Program-made: the position numbers and the translations under genes
Assembly: GCA_050084515.1 (NCBI GenBank)
Contig: CM114271.1
Location: forward strand, 31,868,001-31,932,000
Direction of reading: 5' to 3'
From: Blasia pusilla
Lineage: Eukaryota
DNA length: 64,000 nucleotides
Notes under the pieces: model-generated
Databases searched by the model: none
The model's input: the letters and a program-made list of their open reading frames with translations, nothing else
What the model was told of the DNA's origin: nothing
Shown here: positions 36,705 to 51,952 of the stretch, in pieces
How positions within the stretch are numbered: the first letter of the stretch is position 1
How the letters are laid out: every line of letters starts with the position of its first letter

Positions 36705-39652
36705 TAGCCGACACCAACGCTATTTCAAAATCTTGGATGATCCTAGCCACTAAAGTCGACATCCACCCAAAGGTTCTCCATATTATGGTCGACTTTATCA
36801 TCCATGTGATGCTAGATTTTTAATGTCTCGAAAAAAAATGTAATGAAGAGATAGTAGGAGCAATTCAACTGAAGGGGTTAAGGTGGGCTACAAAACCTTA
36901 TAGAAGTTTAATCTTTTAGTTTACTTATAGAAGATTTTGCACATGTGAGTTCATGTGGAAATTTTTCTAATATTTTGTCTAGAAGTGACGGTGGGAACAC
37001 TTTGTCGTCGCCCTCTATAATGGACAACGACTTCTTACCTAGTTTAGGTGAAAAAATATTAGAGGTTTATTTTAATGTGTGTTTAATTGTGAAGCAAATA
37101 GCTGATTTTGAAGAGGAAGATTACGCACACTTTTTTTGGAGACATACTTGAATTTGGACCTAGATCTATGGCCTCAAAGGCAGGAGATAATTTGAATGCT
37201 TTTATGGAAGAACCCTTTATATTTTCATATTAGCATAAATAATGGGAAGAATAATAGAGCAATATGATAGTTGTGCAAAGGGAAATTCACATCTAATCTT
37301 ATTAGACTACAACAATATCTAATTGAGAAATCCATTCAAAAAATAGAATGGAAAGAGGCAGTTGCAAGATATTCAAATTTGATGGCAATTTTCCGTATTC
37401 AACATAGTTGCAAAAAAAATTGTTAGTCGGTACATAGATGGCAAGTACATTTGGGAGGATAGCTTGTGTTCAATCTCAACGCGAAGAGAATGAAGCAATT
37501 TTCCAAATTTACAAATCTACAATCTCCATACTTGATGTTTCTACCAAGCAAGATTTGAATCATGAAATTCGTGCCAATACTATTAGTATCCATTGGTGAG
37601 TCCTCTAAGTTATGATTAGTTTAGGAAAACTCCTATAAAATCATCCTATAAGACACCAAAATATTCCTTGTTCAACAAAGAAATTGTAGATTTTAATTTA
37701 AATATGGGAAGGGGCACATTTTAAGATCCATTACCTTCTTTATGAAAAAAATTAAAATCATGATGATATCCATTGGAAGTTTGTGCTTACATTTATTATA
37801 TTGGGATGGTTTTTCGACTCAACTTAAAATCCATATTCTCAAAAGGTTGTAAGGATGGTCATCGTTGCTAAATTGGGAAATGTATACTAGATTCAATCCA
37901 AATCAAATGAGATATGATAACTTACCTTTGTGGAATTCTCATAGTGAGATAAATATGAAAAGGACAATAGAGAAAGGGAAGAGATACAAGTATTATCATT
38001 TCTAGCAATAATTGGACCATATCAAGGAATGCCTCTTATGAATATTTTGGTAACATGTATAAGGGCAAGTTGTTTAAGTCATGATAAAAAAATACAAAAC
38101 AATTAATAGGAAGGACTACTCTTCAAGCCAAGAAGATGGATCCAAAGGAATTTCTTTAGCGTATCCCAAATAATATGGTGTTCTGCAAGTCAGAAGTTTA
38201 TTTTTTTAATATATATGCTATGGAAATCCTTCCTTGTGGGGGAGGATTTCTATAGCAAGTATGGAATTTCCTTAGCATAAATTAATTCTCCGAAAAAAAT
38301 AGGTGCCAACATGTAGACAAGAGAAACTTAAAAACTCATTTGGTAAGAAAAGAACAAGAAGATTGTAACAAGATCATGCAGTCCAAAAATTGATAGACTA
38401 AAAGAAAGTTGAAAGGAAATTGGAAACAACAAAAAAGAGGATGTGAAGGAGAATGTGAAAACTACCTCCCAATTATTGGCATGAAAAATTGAGATCATGA
38501 TGTTAGGCCCTGCAAGTAGCAAAAGGTTGATAAAAGCAAGGAGAATTATTTGGATTGATTGCAACCTTTCCAGTATAAGGAGGGCATGTGTACATTTACA
38601 GCTAAAAATCTATGAGCTCATGAGAAGAAGGTCCATGCTTCTTGAATTAAGTGGAAAAGATTTTCTAAATTGAAGTTTGAAAAGATGAATAAGTTTAATC
38701 TAAGATCAAAACTAAATTAAAATAGTTACTAACAAAACACCCAACAATATTTCAGGTCTTTCTCCTCCTCCACCTACCTTTCAAAACTCATACATTTTAT
38801 TTTCTTACATACTCATGACTTTTACTAATAATTTCTATTTTTTCCCAATTTAGAATAGATAAAACTATTTAATGTTTTATTCATAAATACCCACATTTAA
38901 CTAGTTGATTTGTTTCATTTTTTCACGTAAGAGTTTGCTGTTACAGAATACATAATTTGATGCTCTTGAAGTGGAAAGATCAAATGGAATAAAAACAAAA
39001 AATTTGGACTAATTCCAATGATAGGGTTATTTCTAGTTGAATATGTTTTGCAAACCCACCAAATCAATAATTATATTGTGAAACAATTGTTACTAATTTC
39101 GAAATTTATCATGCAAAATAGTAAATCAAAATAAGAAAGATAAACATCTAATTAGATTCACACTAATCCCATGTCCAGTTTCCTTGGGAATGAAAATTCA
39201 CAATTTCCTTTGTATATTTAGTAGGGTTATGAATGCAAATTCACCCTTAGTATAAAAAAGTAAGAAAAAAACAACGAACATTTCTATCTACCTACTCATC
39301 CTTGGACGTTCAACGTAATACAACCGTTGTTGATAATCACATTAGTAACTTCACTTTTAACTTGATAAGGGTACTAAAGAAAATTTTCAAGCTTTAAATT
39401 CTTACAATAACCCAAATAATAAAATGACAATAATCTCACCTTAATAATAGAGAATGTTTGTGGACAAAAGTCAATCCTGTCCATAATAGCATTATATAGA
39501 CCCATTTCAAAAACAATCTACTAACTTTGGTTAGGGAGCTACGATTATTACAATCCCTTCCAAATTCGGAGTGGACTATTCTGTAGATATTTTGGTACAT
39601 ATAAATTTCTACTAAACACTATAACATCAGTATAAAGGCTGGCAAAACACAG

Positions 39653-42600
39653 CTAAAGTTTAGATGTAGCCGCTAGCTGAACACTTCCAGGAAGAGGAGG
39701 TCCCTGCTTGATCAGAACATCTTTCCTTCCATCCTCTGCAATAGAGCTATTTGGAGGAGGCAAATCTATGGCAGGGGAGCAGTTGAAGAAACCGTGTGGC
39801 TGGCCAGATCAACAAGAAGCGTATCAGTTCCACTGTGGCAGTTAACATTTATTTCATTCCCAACCCATCAGAGGCACTCATATGCTACAGATCCTTCACC
39901 ACAAAGCTGCAAAATTGTCTGTAACAAAAAGAATCAACGGGAAAATCCAACCATCATAGTTGACCATAAGCAAGTACACACCTGCAGAGTGAACCCAATG
40001 TGTTCAACAGGCATAACTGGCCAATCCTCCAGGCGCGGAATATGGGTCACACCAAAGACATACCTGAAATATAAATGGTACCACACTGCAAGTAAGGTGA
40101 CAATCCCATACCTGGACTGTTCAAAACGATGATGATTTCTGAGGTTTGTCTACCATCACAAACAGTTTTCTCAAGTTGCTCAAGTTGAACAGCCTACCAT
40201 AGTACTAGATCTGCTTCCTCCAATTTTCTATCCGCCTGTGTCCAGGTGGGCAGACCTTCAGCAATTCGGGGATTCTGGTTTGGAAACTCTCCCCCAGGAA
40301 ACAGCTCGTTTTTGTGAAACTGGGTGACCCAAAGGTTGTGCTTTAAAAAGGCAGCTCTTCTAAGAAACTTGGCATCTGGACCAGCAAAAGGGAGACAGTT
40401 CGAGCCAGGTACTAGCTTGTAGCCAACTAGTTGCCCTGTTCTGTTAACCATCCGTGAATTGCGAACCTGATAAAGCACACAATAACTGAATTAGCATACT
40501 AAATCCATACAGTCAATGCAGGCAAACTAATTGGATTGATAACTACTGAGCCCCAAGTTTAATAACAATCAAGAAATGATCAGAACTTGATGGAGCATTC
40601 TCCACAGTCCCCAAGCTCCAAGAATATGCCAAAAGGACTTTTTACAGTGAAAGACCATTGGGTAACACTATGTCGAAACAGACTGCACAAGCAACCACAG
40701 GCTGGACGTTTTGAAGTCAACAACACAGAAATCGAGAACACCGAAATTGTAGCAACAACCTTCCAAATGGATTTACCGGACAAACCAAAGCTTAAAGAGA
40801 TGGAGGACACTGAAATAGTACCAACAAGCATCCAAATGGACTTACCACACAAACCAAAGCTTGAAGAGATGGACACTGAAATGGTGCCAACAATAATCCC
40901 AATGGACTTGCAAAAGAAACCAAAGCTTAATAAGCTCTGCACACATATTAATCTATCAAATAATGGACCTACTCACAATCCAATGTCGTGCTGACAGAGC
41001 ATTACAGTCTCGTTGTGCCTGCAATTCAGATCGTAGTAGAGTTTCCTCGGCATAAAATGCATTATTGTGAGCATTATCTGGACCGGAATCCTCTATCTTC
41101 ACATTGACTTCCACAACCTGTGTTCCGGGATCATGATCATTAACATATACACCCCTCCTAAACTCCCATCGCGGAGACACTGCCGGTAATGGTTTTTGAG
41201 ATGACGAGACCGTTAAAAATAGCATTTACTATTCCCGACTTACATTTCTCAGGAGTAGTAATTTCTGCATAAGCCTGATCAGGCTTTATGCAAATTTTAC
41301 TCCAACGTATTTTACACAGCACTGTGTCTCCATGTGCTGGTCTGTACTTTTGCTAACAATTGGCAATTCTTGATCAAGACACACAGCTTCGAGAGTCACA
41401 TCAGTACCTGATTTGTTGCTTCTCCAGGCTTACTATCAATTGCCATGTCCATCCGGGCTACAAAGAAATGCTGGTGAGTAGGAGCGTAGAGACCAGGGGC
41501 TATGACAGTTCCATACTTCCTAAACTCTCCTGCCTTTAAAGCTCCCAGACTAAGGATTCCTGTGAGCTTCACTTCTGCCTCAATCTTACCATCCTGCAAA
41601 TAAGCAAGCAATCGGTGAGTCTATATTTTGAAGCATACATCTACGACAGCACACACAATGAAGAATTTCAATTTTGCCAGTCATTAGACACGGTACATCC
41701 ACATCAAGATTGCACAGTGGTCTCAGATGCTCAGATCACGTTCTTAAGAATCTTCTGTTTCCATTGAATTAAATCTATGGGATCATTAACAGTGGTGGCT
41801 GTAGAGGCCAGGTATGCTCACTTTCTCCAGCAACAAATCACATCCAAGCAATAAGAAAAATAAAATGTCAGCAGAAAATACTGAAATTCGCTTTAAAACA
41901 AAGCAGTAGGTTAGCTAGTGATTTGAGACATTATGTCCAACCATCAGCTGTCATAAACCCAGATGAATCATGACAATCAAGATATGTTAATATACTACAA
42001 AAGAGATTATACAAGAACAGACACTGGATGACTCGATACCTGATAAAAATGCCAGAAGAAGCCATACTCATAATTTGCAACAGTACAGAAGAAAGAAAGT
42101 GTGAGTCGTCTAGATCGGCGCACTTCAGTCAACCCTGTACGCCAATCTTGATGTTTCCAGAGGATCCCATGGTCCTCTTCATGCATGCAAACGCAATTTT
42201 CAATGGTTTCCACTCCACCAAGGAAATTTGTGAAATGGGCATCAAAATACTTTATGGCTCCCAAACAGTCACAGCCCTGTACACTTTATCAATGATATTT
42301 CAGAAACGCTTCAAATTACTCTAGGTTCTCTACATAACAAGCTGATATAAAGTATTGTCAGTTTGTACTAGCACTCAACCATCCCGTTTACTGAAACAAA
42401 CTGACAAGCGCCCAAAAAGGTGTCAAAATGAACTGACCCTCTTCAAAGAGTGAGCATTCTTCCCCAGACCATCCTCTCCTGCATCGAATGCATTTTTTCG
42501 ATAATGAGGATCGTGAGGATCTCCATATGGAACGACCATTTCAACAAAACTCAACCGATGTGCCACAGATCGACGACCCCGGCTGCCGTCATGATATGCG

Positions 42601-45600
42601 ATGGTGTGGATGATAAGTCCTTCTCGCGGAGTGAACCCAACTCGAAAGTTCCACTGTCAACCATGAGCAATTGACAGGTCAAGGATGCTGAATACAACAA
42701 AAACTTTGCTGAACACATATCTTACCATGCAACCCACTTCTCTCCTGCAGAAAAGATTTTCATGTCCTTGAGTTGAATATATTTAAGTTCGACAATAACT
42801 AGAAATAAGAAATGACCCTTTAGAAGTTGCATTATCAAGATATGCATAAGTATCTTCAATTGATGTTATGTACGGGCCCACCAAATCTTCTTGCTCTCTA
42901 GAAAAGCCCCAGAAGGATTTCCTTAGCTCCATCCAGACCACCTGCAGCCTCTTAGCTCTTTCAGTTCCCACTTAATCTTCCTAGATGGGCCTAATCCAAT
43001 GTACTCCAATGTTCTTTCCCTCGGGAGAAACAAGTTGGGCTTGTAAGTGCCTTGAAGTGGATGTACTAAGTAGGCTGTTTCTTAACTACTCTTTGAATAC
43101 CAATTTGCCCAACCAATCACAAATCCAGTAATGATTCAATCCTCATGAAAGTAGATTGAGAGACAAACTTTCTGCCACTCGACGGCATAACCATTCACTC
43201 GAAAGCTGGGTCCCTCTGGTTGAGTAATAATCAAAGGCTTGATATCTGCTCGATCCACTCCACCACGCGTCTCCGCAGATGTATAGTTACGAAGAGGATC
43301 AGGGGGTGGAAGTGGAATAAATTCACGATCCTCAAAGTCTAGAATCTCATAGTTTCGGATATCAACAAGTACTCTCACACCCTCTACAGGGCGTGCATAC
43401 CCATTTTCCATCGGACAGTCACTTTCTGTCCTGCAAAAGAACAATGGCCTAGCGAGCCTCCTGCTTGGAGCATCCTCTTCACTGTAATATCCAACACACC
43501 TGCAGCAAGGATTTTGTAGAGAATTAATGTCAGTCATATAATGGATGCATGGCTTGGGTTGTCAGTTGCTTCTGATGCAAAAAAACGAAGTCATCACCAA
43601 TTTAAAATCTGCTTCAGTGTGACTCCCACCACCATTCAACACTGATGCATCCCAAGGAGACTATGATTTCAGTCTTGACAATTTTCAGCATACCATGGAT
43701 CAACCATTACAAGATCCATGTCCTCAATTCCTCTCTTTCTCATCGCTTCTATGAACGGGGGATAGCTCTTCACACATGCTTCACATTGGGCATATTCCTC
43801 CGCATCCTGAATAACCACCAAATGTGTGAGCTAGCATAACAATGAAATCCTAACAAAGCACCAAGTATGTGGGAACTAGCATGCCAATTGCAATCGAAAA
43901 CTATTCATGACAACCAGGTGATAGATTCAATTATTGATTTGTTGTGTCAGACTCCTAAGAAGTAATCACTCTCATCATATCTTAAGCAGTAACAGCCTGT
44001 TGAGAATATTTTCATACATGCACAGTAATGTAGGAAAACGGCCTAGGGTCAAGGACTTCACCATGGGAGGCTGAACATCAGGAACAACATCGCAGTTGAT
44101 GACCTTCCCACGATGGTGCCCTCCTCGAGCAGCAGCATGCACCTGAGTCAACTCCACCGACCAGACACTAGTCTCGTTTGTGTTCTTGTTATATACTACT
44201 AGTCTTGCTTGTCTGGGAGGAAGTTGTAGAGGAACTATAGCTCCACCCTTTCCCTTAGAGAAGACAGCTGGTTGATAAGGAGGAAAGAAAAAGGCATCCG
44301 CAAGAGCAATCACATTCTTGTCCGGCTCCTGGAGTACAACCTCGAAGAAGCGCATCCCATCTCGCAGCTGCACCCAGACGCTTAGGGATAAGATGCAAGA
44401 GATACTTCAGCTGAATCTCATATCATGCAATCCGCAACTACTACACAGTAAATTGCACATTAAAATGAAAGTACCTCAGGTGTGGCTCCTGCTGCTCTAA
44501 CTGTGGCCACTGCCACTGCTATTTCAGTTGGACTCAATGGATCCAGCGGATGAACTGATTGTGAACGCACAGAAACTCCCGTACCTGTGGCACGACAAAT
44601 TCTAACAACTTCATCATCTCGATGGTGGTGACAGATGCTAGCAACATCTCTACAGCAGGCATGCGCAAGCAACAGACATACTTGGACTGTCATGAAATGG
44701 AATTTCATGCCAGGAGGAACGCTGACATGGTCATGAAAATGTTTTCCGACATTATGATACTCCGCACATCTCCGTCGGCCACAATAACTAGAAAAGTTTG
44801 CTCATTAAGCTTCTCGTTAGAATATCATTAGGTTGCAATTCTGGTTAATATGCTAGCTTTCCAAACCAGGTAGCCACTAAGAGGTGATAGTTGCGTGGAC
44901 CTAGGATGGTATTTTCAGACTGGTAGACTGACGTTCCATCGACAGTAAGAAGGAAATGAACTTTGGATCCTTGAAAGTCTATACAGCTGACATACCATAT
45001 CTGGAGGCATCACCCTTGCACTCCCTCTCCATACATCTCGGGAGAGAAGGTCTCCGTATGATGACTGAAGATGCACACTCCATATTGGGCGGTAGATCAC
45101 AGTAACAGATGAGTCTAATCCCAAATTGAGGCATCTGGTTTTGCAAGCCACAGCTTAGGTTTCAATGGATCATCCAGACGATGAAAGGGAAGTGTTTAAT
45201 CAGACCTGGAGATATTTACCACTTCCCACAAGCTCTCCTGGGTTTAAGAATGACATATTCCCTATACATCTCAAATTTGGTGTTCCTATTAGGACAGAGA
45301 ATAGTTAGAAGTTAATTGACATTCCTAAACCTGACACTGCACTTTCTCACTTTCCGTTCTGGCTCTACATCGACTCCTCGCATTTAAAGTTAGTCATCGC
45401 GTCTAGAAAATTTTCGAAATGTCATGATGCAATCCACTTCCACGCAGACTTCGACCACCGATAAAATATGCTGTAGAAGTAACGCATGCTAGAGGATCCT
45501 CAACATTACCTTTCAGTGAGCTGCTCACAACACTGGCAGTCACCGTCTCCACAGGGGACGCTGACGATGTAGGACTTATGTCGATTGTCGTCTCTGAATG

Positions 45601-45735
45601 CTCTCCTTCAGGATCATCTTTCAATCTCGGAGACCGTACTAGATTCTGCGGGGGATTTCTAGCCATCTCATTGGAATCCAGATTAGCGGAGGCCGACTGG
45701 CAGCAAAGCGCCTGCGCGTTCGAACGTGAGGCCAT
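39653..45735 (-). CDS. CuAO: Copper-containing (TPQ) amine oxidase, peroxisomal type, about 12 exons
   Basis: Exons with GT/AG borders: 45735-45510, 44584-44475, 44367-44061, 43806-43694, 43499-43169, 42653-42438, 42276-42040, 41593-41408, 41117-40977, 40466-40198, 40063-39982, 39799-39653. Motifs HPLDPL, TVANYEY (TPQ site), HQH and [13 protein letters not shown] (Cu ligands). C-terminus ...ATSKL* (PTS1). First exon and start codon are less certain. Confidence 0.95.
40735..40930. repeat. Three tandem 66-69 bp units in a CuAO intron
   Basis: ACAC(C/T)GAAAT...AATGGA(T/C)TT...AAACCAAAGCTT occurs three times. Confidence 0.85.
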
Positions 45736-48529
45736 TGGCAAGGATTCGCGACGTCCCCAATTCCTCTCCACGCTTTCCCTCTTTCCCCTCTATCAGACAT
45801 ACAGCAAAACGCTTTTCTTCGACCTCCAATTACCTCACAAAGAAAAGACAATCTCCAAAACCCGGCAACAACAATCAACTTTTGGGTGCCAAAGGTGGAA
45901 GTGCAGATCTCTCCTCCTTTTCGTCGAGTGATAGTAAAGTTGATCGCTGATGTTCAAACAGGACGAAGAATGATGAGGATCTCAAATCGTTTCCACATTC
46001 GACTGAGCACTCAGGATTATCTCACAACTTGAAAGAAAACTTTTGCCAACACAAGCCTCACAAATGTCACCATCAGCTCGAGATCCTGCGCAGACTCCCT
46101 TCTACACAACAGATGAGCGCATCTATAATTCAGAAGTACCACCTCAACGCGGACAATAATAAGGAGACCGGAATCAATTGATGATCGACTGACTCTCCCT
46201 CTATGCTCTTCAGGAGCACTGAAAGTAAGCACAACGACCGCTATGCAAAGTGAACGCAGGCAGGGGAAGACGGAGATCCAGTGAGGCTGATGGTCGTTGA
46301 AGATGGAGAGAAGAATGACCGAAAGACGGTCCTAAAGAAACTAACTCTCACGCATGCATTGGTAAGCTATTTATTGGGCACAACCACTCTTTCGTCTCTA
46401 TCAGCTTTGTCTTAAAATATGATTTTCATAGCAACCCAGAATCCATTCTTCTGTCACTCGACGTCAACCACTCCCTGACATATATGGACACGAGATGTTT
46501 CCTTCCCAGGATTTCTAGATATTCGGTATATTTGACGCTTGCGTGGACTCGTGGAATATAACACATTTAAGAGAATTGGACAGAGGAGCTTATCTATCTG
46601 CCGATTCGCTGCTCATTACTGAGACGGTGACAAGTGATGTTGCAACGCCATCCACGAATTCAGACGTACTATTATAAGGAAACCCTTATTGACATAAGAC
46701 AAAATAGTAACACGGTGTGATTCTCAGTTTCATTTACAACCCAATGACGAAGCTCGAATGCAACCCGTGATTACTGCACCTACTAGGCACTAATAAATTT
46801 TTCGTTATGCCATGTGTACGGCTGGGGAGAGGAAGGAGAATGAAAGTTCTCATGCAATTTTCAACCGTCGATGGGTTATGTGTGGGGTTTAAAAACTCAT
46901 TCCTCCATGTTAAATAATTTCTCTATCGTGTTTCTCATGTGGTTACTCCCTTCGTAAATGCCGTGTTCTCCTCCCGTGTTCACGCCTTATTCACTTTACT
47001 CCTTATATCTCCAAACCTGAAACCGGGCCCATATTCGTTGAATATGGACTAATCATGGACTAATCGATCCACTTCGACGCCCCGTGCGGAATGCCCCCAA
47101 AAGATACCACAGACTAGTCGACTACGTGGGCCCCGTGGCCCACCGCCCCTAAGTTCCACCGGGCCCACCCACCAGTACGACGCCCCCTAACCGGTTGTCC
47201 GCGTGGGGTTTTTTTCTTCTCTATGCCCCTAGCTTGTATTCTCATGGGTTTCCCATCCAATCTTCTATTTAAGTTTTAACTTCAAACAAACAATAGATTA
47301 TATAAAAATTAGTATTTCATAGATAAAAACTTTTTAATATAAAACAAATAAGTTTTTAATTAAAATAATGAAATCCGTATAAATCACACTTAAAGATTCA
47401 AGTTTGTATCAATGAAATTAGAATGATAAAATGAATCTTATTGATTTTAAAATAAAATCAGAGGAATCCCATTGATAATAAATATTGTCATATGAATCTA
47501 GTAAGTATTGTCACGAATCCAATTAACTTCAAATCACACAAACCAAGTTGATGTGTTAGATAGCCGGCTGGTCCAGGGAACAAAACATACATGTAGGGGG
47601 CGTATTGATGTTGTTTAGCGCGGACGTATTGATGCTAATGAATGCAAAACGGCGCCTAGAATCCAGTCTTTGTTTGGTTGAGTTCAAGAAGCTCAGGGTT
47701 AGCGTGGAAGGGTTGGGCGTGAGACCCAAAGCTCATGCCATTAAACGGAAGCTCGGTAGTCCTCCTACAGACGGGTGGGTTGGCTAGAGTGGGTTTAGAC
47801 TCTAGAGTCGACGCCACATGACGGAAAGATATCCAAGTTCCCGACAAGCAGCTACGTCGTTGGAGCTTTTCTCGCAATGGATATCCAGACTGGGGATCCC
47901 ATGGATGGTCGTTATTACCATGGACATGAGCAATGCCGCGGGATGGAGCATGCCCTCCATCATCATGCTTAGATGTGTATCAAATTTCAAATTTGATTTT
48001 TTTAAAGGTCAGGCCAAGGTACACCATTCATACTTGCCACTGCCTTCAATCTGTAGTGGTCTCGTCATGTCGCCACTATGTTCTCTTGGCCCTGTCCATT
48101 GTGGTTGTATCAATTGCTTGCCCATATTCAAATCATCAGTGCTCCGTTGGATGATCTACAATTGCTCTACTACTCTGTTTGCCCTCTATTCACCTCATGT
48201 CATTGATCCCCTTGTGTCATTTTTGTCATATCGGAGGTCCTGTGTCTCCGCACCTTGATGCGTGGAGCTTGTTTTTCAGTTACTCCGTTTCAATTTTTTG
48301 GCTTTGTTTGTTGTGCAAGAGGATTTGCATGATGCAATCTTCAGTAGCTCCTTGTTGCTTCCTTACATCTGCAAGTTGTTCATTGTTGCAAATTTCTTCC
48401 TATGCTTCTCGCTGTATTTTCTAGCAAGAATGTAGATTATGGGGTGTGGATTTTCCAAGGCCACTATTATCTTCGGTGTGGAGTTGCCAACGTCACGGCA
48501 ACTATTCGTCGAGGAATCTACGGCATAAC

Positions 48530-50560
48530 ATAATGCTTTCCACATTAATCGCACATAAACCATTCCAGAGACCATCTCTTTCCACCTTTCTCAGCCACCG
48601 GCTCCTACTGCTACTCCCTCCACTTATTCGTCCTAAGCAATGTTGAAGCAATTGGCTTCAAGCCATCGTTGTTGCTTTCCTTCTAGAGTCTGGTCCACCT
48701 TTATCATTGTAGGTGGAATGTTTTCCACATGAAGGACAAGGATATCATTCTGTGGAATTTGATTGCCATTTGTTAGGGAAAGGCTCATGTTCCAAAGAAT
48801 GCTTACTAAAAAACATTTTCAGGAATCTATGGCACAACGGAATGGTTTTCACATTAATCACACGAAAACCATTCTGAAGACCATCTATTGCAATCTCTTA
48901 CCATCTCTTTCCGCAACTCTCTTTCCATCTTTCTCAACCGTCGGCTCCAATTGGTAATCCTCTACTATTGGTCCTAAACAACAAGCACCGTTGAAGTAGT
49001 TGGTTCCAAGCTAATGTTGTTGCTTTCCTTATAGAAGTTGGCTTGCCATTGTCATTGTAGATGGAATGTTTTCCTCATGAAGAATAGGGAAACCATTCCC
49101 TGGAATTTGACCGCCATCCATCAAGAAAATGCTCATGCTTCAAAGAATGCTTCCTAAAAAAGTTGAAGATCAAAGGGTTTAGTTGGGGTCCTACTATAAT
49201 AGGATAATATTCCATCATTCTGATGTCATGGTTTAGATCAGTGATTTGAAGCCCATATAATTTGTTGTGGCCACACTCAAAATACAATTCTTCATTATGC
49301 ATATGAAAAGAGAATTTTCTTGATGAATGCCCATAATTGAAAATGATGTTGCACTTGTAACATGATTTGTTGTGCTTGGATCATTTACATTATTTCTATT
49401 GATAACTTGAGAATTTATTTGATGGCTTGTGGAATTCTTTATAGAGTATGGAATGGTTTTCATGACATGTGTAATGGTGTCCACAACAGAAAAGAACTTC
49501 AATAATAGATATCTGCAGGAACCTTGAAGGATAGAACTGGAAATGGCGTACAGCCCATGGGTAGTTTCATGTGCAGAAATAGTTGCATTTTCATATATCA
49601 TTCCAATGTCCATCTTGAAAAAATTATCTTGTATTGGTAACCTGAGATTGGAATCCATGCCATGTGGATTGTTTTGAATGGTGCGTGGAATGGTCTCCAG
49701 GAAATGTGGAATGATGTCCATCACGCAGATCATGTTCTTTTAGAGAACCTTAAAATCCTTGAAGGAAGGAATGGAAAATGGATAAGCGTTCATGGGTGGT
49801 TTCTTGAGCCAACAATTTTGAATATTCATACATCATGTCAATACACAATCTTCAAATAATTTATGTGCAATGGTAACTTGAGAATGGTTTCCACACTAGG
49901 TGGAGTGGATTACTTTCCATGGTTTAGGGAATGGTATCTAGAACACATAATAAGTTATATTATAGAAAACCTCAAAAATATGCAAGTAAGAAACCGAAAA
50001 TGGCCGTAGGGTCATGAAAGGTTTCTCATGCAAGAAAATTTTTAATATTCATATATCATGCCAATGACCATCTTTAAGTTGCGTGTATGTATTGGAAACT
50101 TTAGAATTATTTGTGCCATATGGATTGCCTTCAATGATGTGTGGAATGGTAAACATGGGATGTTGAATGGTTTCCAAAAAATAGAACAAGTTCCAATATA
50201 GAGAACCTCATAAACCTTGCAAGAAGGAAAAATGATGTTGCATTTGTAACATGCTTTTTGTGCATCAATCATTTGTTTTATTTGTATTGGTAACATGATA
50301 TTGTTTTCCATGCGATGTGGAATGATTGCCACAAAACATACATAGTTCCATCATATATAAGCTTTGAAACCACATTCAATTATTGATTGAGCCTTGGAAA
50401 AAGGAATTCAAATGGCGTTGGATCCTTGAGTATTTTCATGCGTGGTTTATGAAGTAGAAGAAGAAGAAGTTGCATATTCATACACCATATTGTTTATAGA
50501 TTATTTGTATTCTCAATGTGAGAGTGGTTTCCGTGCCATATGGAGTGGTGTTGAGAATTC
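48530..50560. repeat. Degenerate tandem repeat region (two ~350-bp units, then several ~220-bp units)
   Basis: 48570-48812 is similar to 48918-49161 (CATTGTAG.TGGAATGTTTTCC.CATGAAG). TTCATA(T/C)ATCAT-like motifs at ~49590, 49826, 50048 and 50477. GATGTTGCA.TTGTAACATG at ~49345 and ~50235. Confidence 0.6.
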
Positions 50561-51703
50561 AAGATAAGTCACACTACACATAACCTTGGGAACCACCCTC
50601 AAATTGAATAAAATATAAAGAAGAATACAATAAAAAATGAAAAGAATGCTTTTTTATTTCTCAACTTCCAAAATGAACATCAAAATTTTTGGACAACATT
50701 TTATATGTTACTTCCTAAAAGAATAGGAAGGCATGTCAATTTCAAAAGCCTTGGTGCGTCCTCCACATTCCGTATGTGTTTGTAGAGATTGATGAGGCAA
50801 TGGCTGCTTCTTTATCTAGTTGGGCTTGTGGGCCCAACTTTGTCTTTATGGATTTTTCTTTGGGGAATCAAAAAGGTAGGTTGATGAATGAGTTGTTTGG
50901 GTTTTGTGTATCATTCACGTGTGTTATGGATCCTGCTGATCTTCTTCTACGTCGCGATCAACATTCAATGTTTGATTGAACTCGTGTAATGGAATTATTG
51001 TTGAAGAATCCATTTTGAAAAGTGGAAAATGGATTCCTTGGTTGAGGGGTCAACCCATTATCGACCACTATTTTGGCAGACTTTATCCTTTCATTAAGCT
51101 TCTTGAGAGCTCCTGTAGTCAAAGTAAGAAGGCGAGAATTCTCAACACATGACAGTCCTGTACTTAAGAACAAGTTGTTGATTTCTTTGATACTAGAGTT
51201 AGTTACAAGGTTGGAAGTGTCTAAGGATATTTCACTTCCTTGTGGAATGGGCGTCTTGGAGGCCAACACCAAAGATGGAAAATAATTAGTTTTGAAGGAG
51301 CAACAACTTATATATATGAAACTTAAGGTTGAAATATGAGTCCTATGATAACCCTAGAAGTATACATGACTTGATGTTCTATTTTTATTTATCTTCATTT
51401 GCATGTTTGTAAATAGTGTTAGCTTGGTTTGGATCATTCTCCAATTCCTCATTGGATTGTTGCCTTATGAACTTGAGATGAGCCATCCCGCCATGTCTTA
51501 TTCCTAACCTTGTTCCTAAAATCTTTACCAAATCTGCTTCATTGTAATTTTCCTCCAATAAGGCAAGAATGCGTATGCCCATTTTTAAATCGAAAAAGGT
51601 AGTATAATACCTCTTCAATACATATGGAAACTACTATGGAACATTTTGTTTCAAAAGAATGAGAATACAAGAATGTAAGAGGCCTTTACAATATGCTTGC
51701 ATA

Positions 51704-51952
51704 TGTCACATCTTTTAGAATAGATAGGCGAGTTCTAGTAGAGCGCCTTCAGAGATACTGAAGGACAACCTCAAGAGGTCAAGGATGACTTGTTGAGGCC
51801 ACGGGTAACTTGCGAGAGCATGTTTTCCCTTCGTTTCGGCTCATTTGGGAGCCATATTGAGGAACTTACTATTTTGGGTTAGTTACTATTTTTGGTAAAG
51901 TTGACTTTCCACTTTGGGAAGTGGCCCTTGACCCACTACAACTGGTCAAGAG
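51704..51952 (+). mobile_element. 5' part of an A repeat of another family member, interrupted at 51953
   Basis: Starts TGTCACA and is colinear with the first ~250 bp of A. Breaks at GTCAAGAG, where a new A copy begins. Confidence 0.8.

Noticed and set aside
36720-38700. Possible L1-type relic (DSCAKGNS resembles an RNase H DGxxxGNPG motif near 37265)
   Set aside because: Too degenerate; a single weak motif does not support a call.
44915-45151. Extra CuAO exon in intron 1
   Set aside because: No recognisable amine oxidase similarity, and exon 1 splices in phase to 44584 without it.
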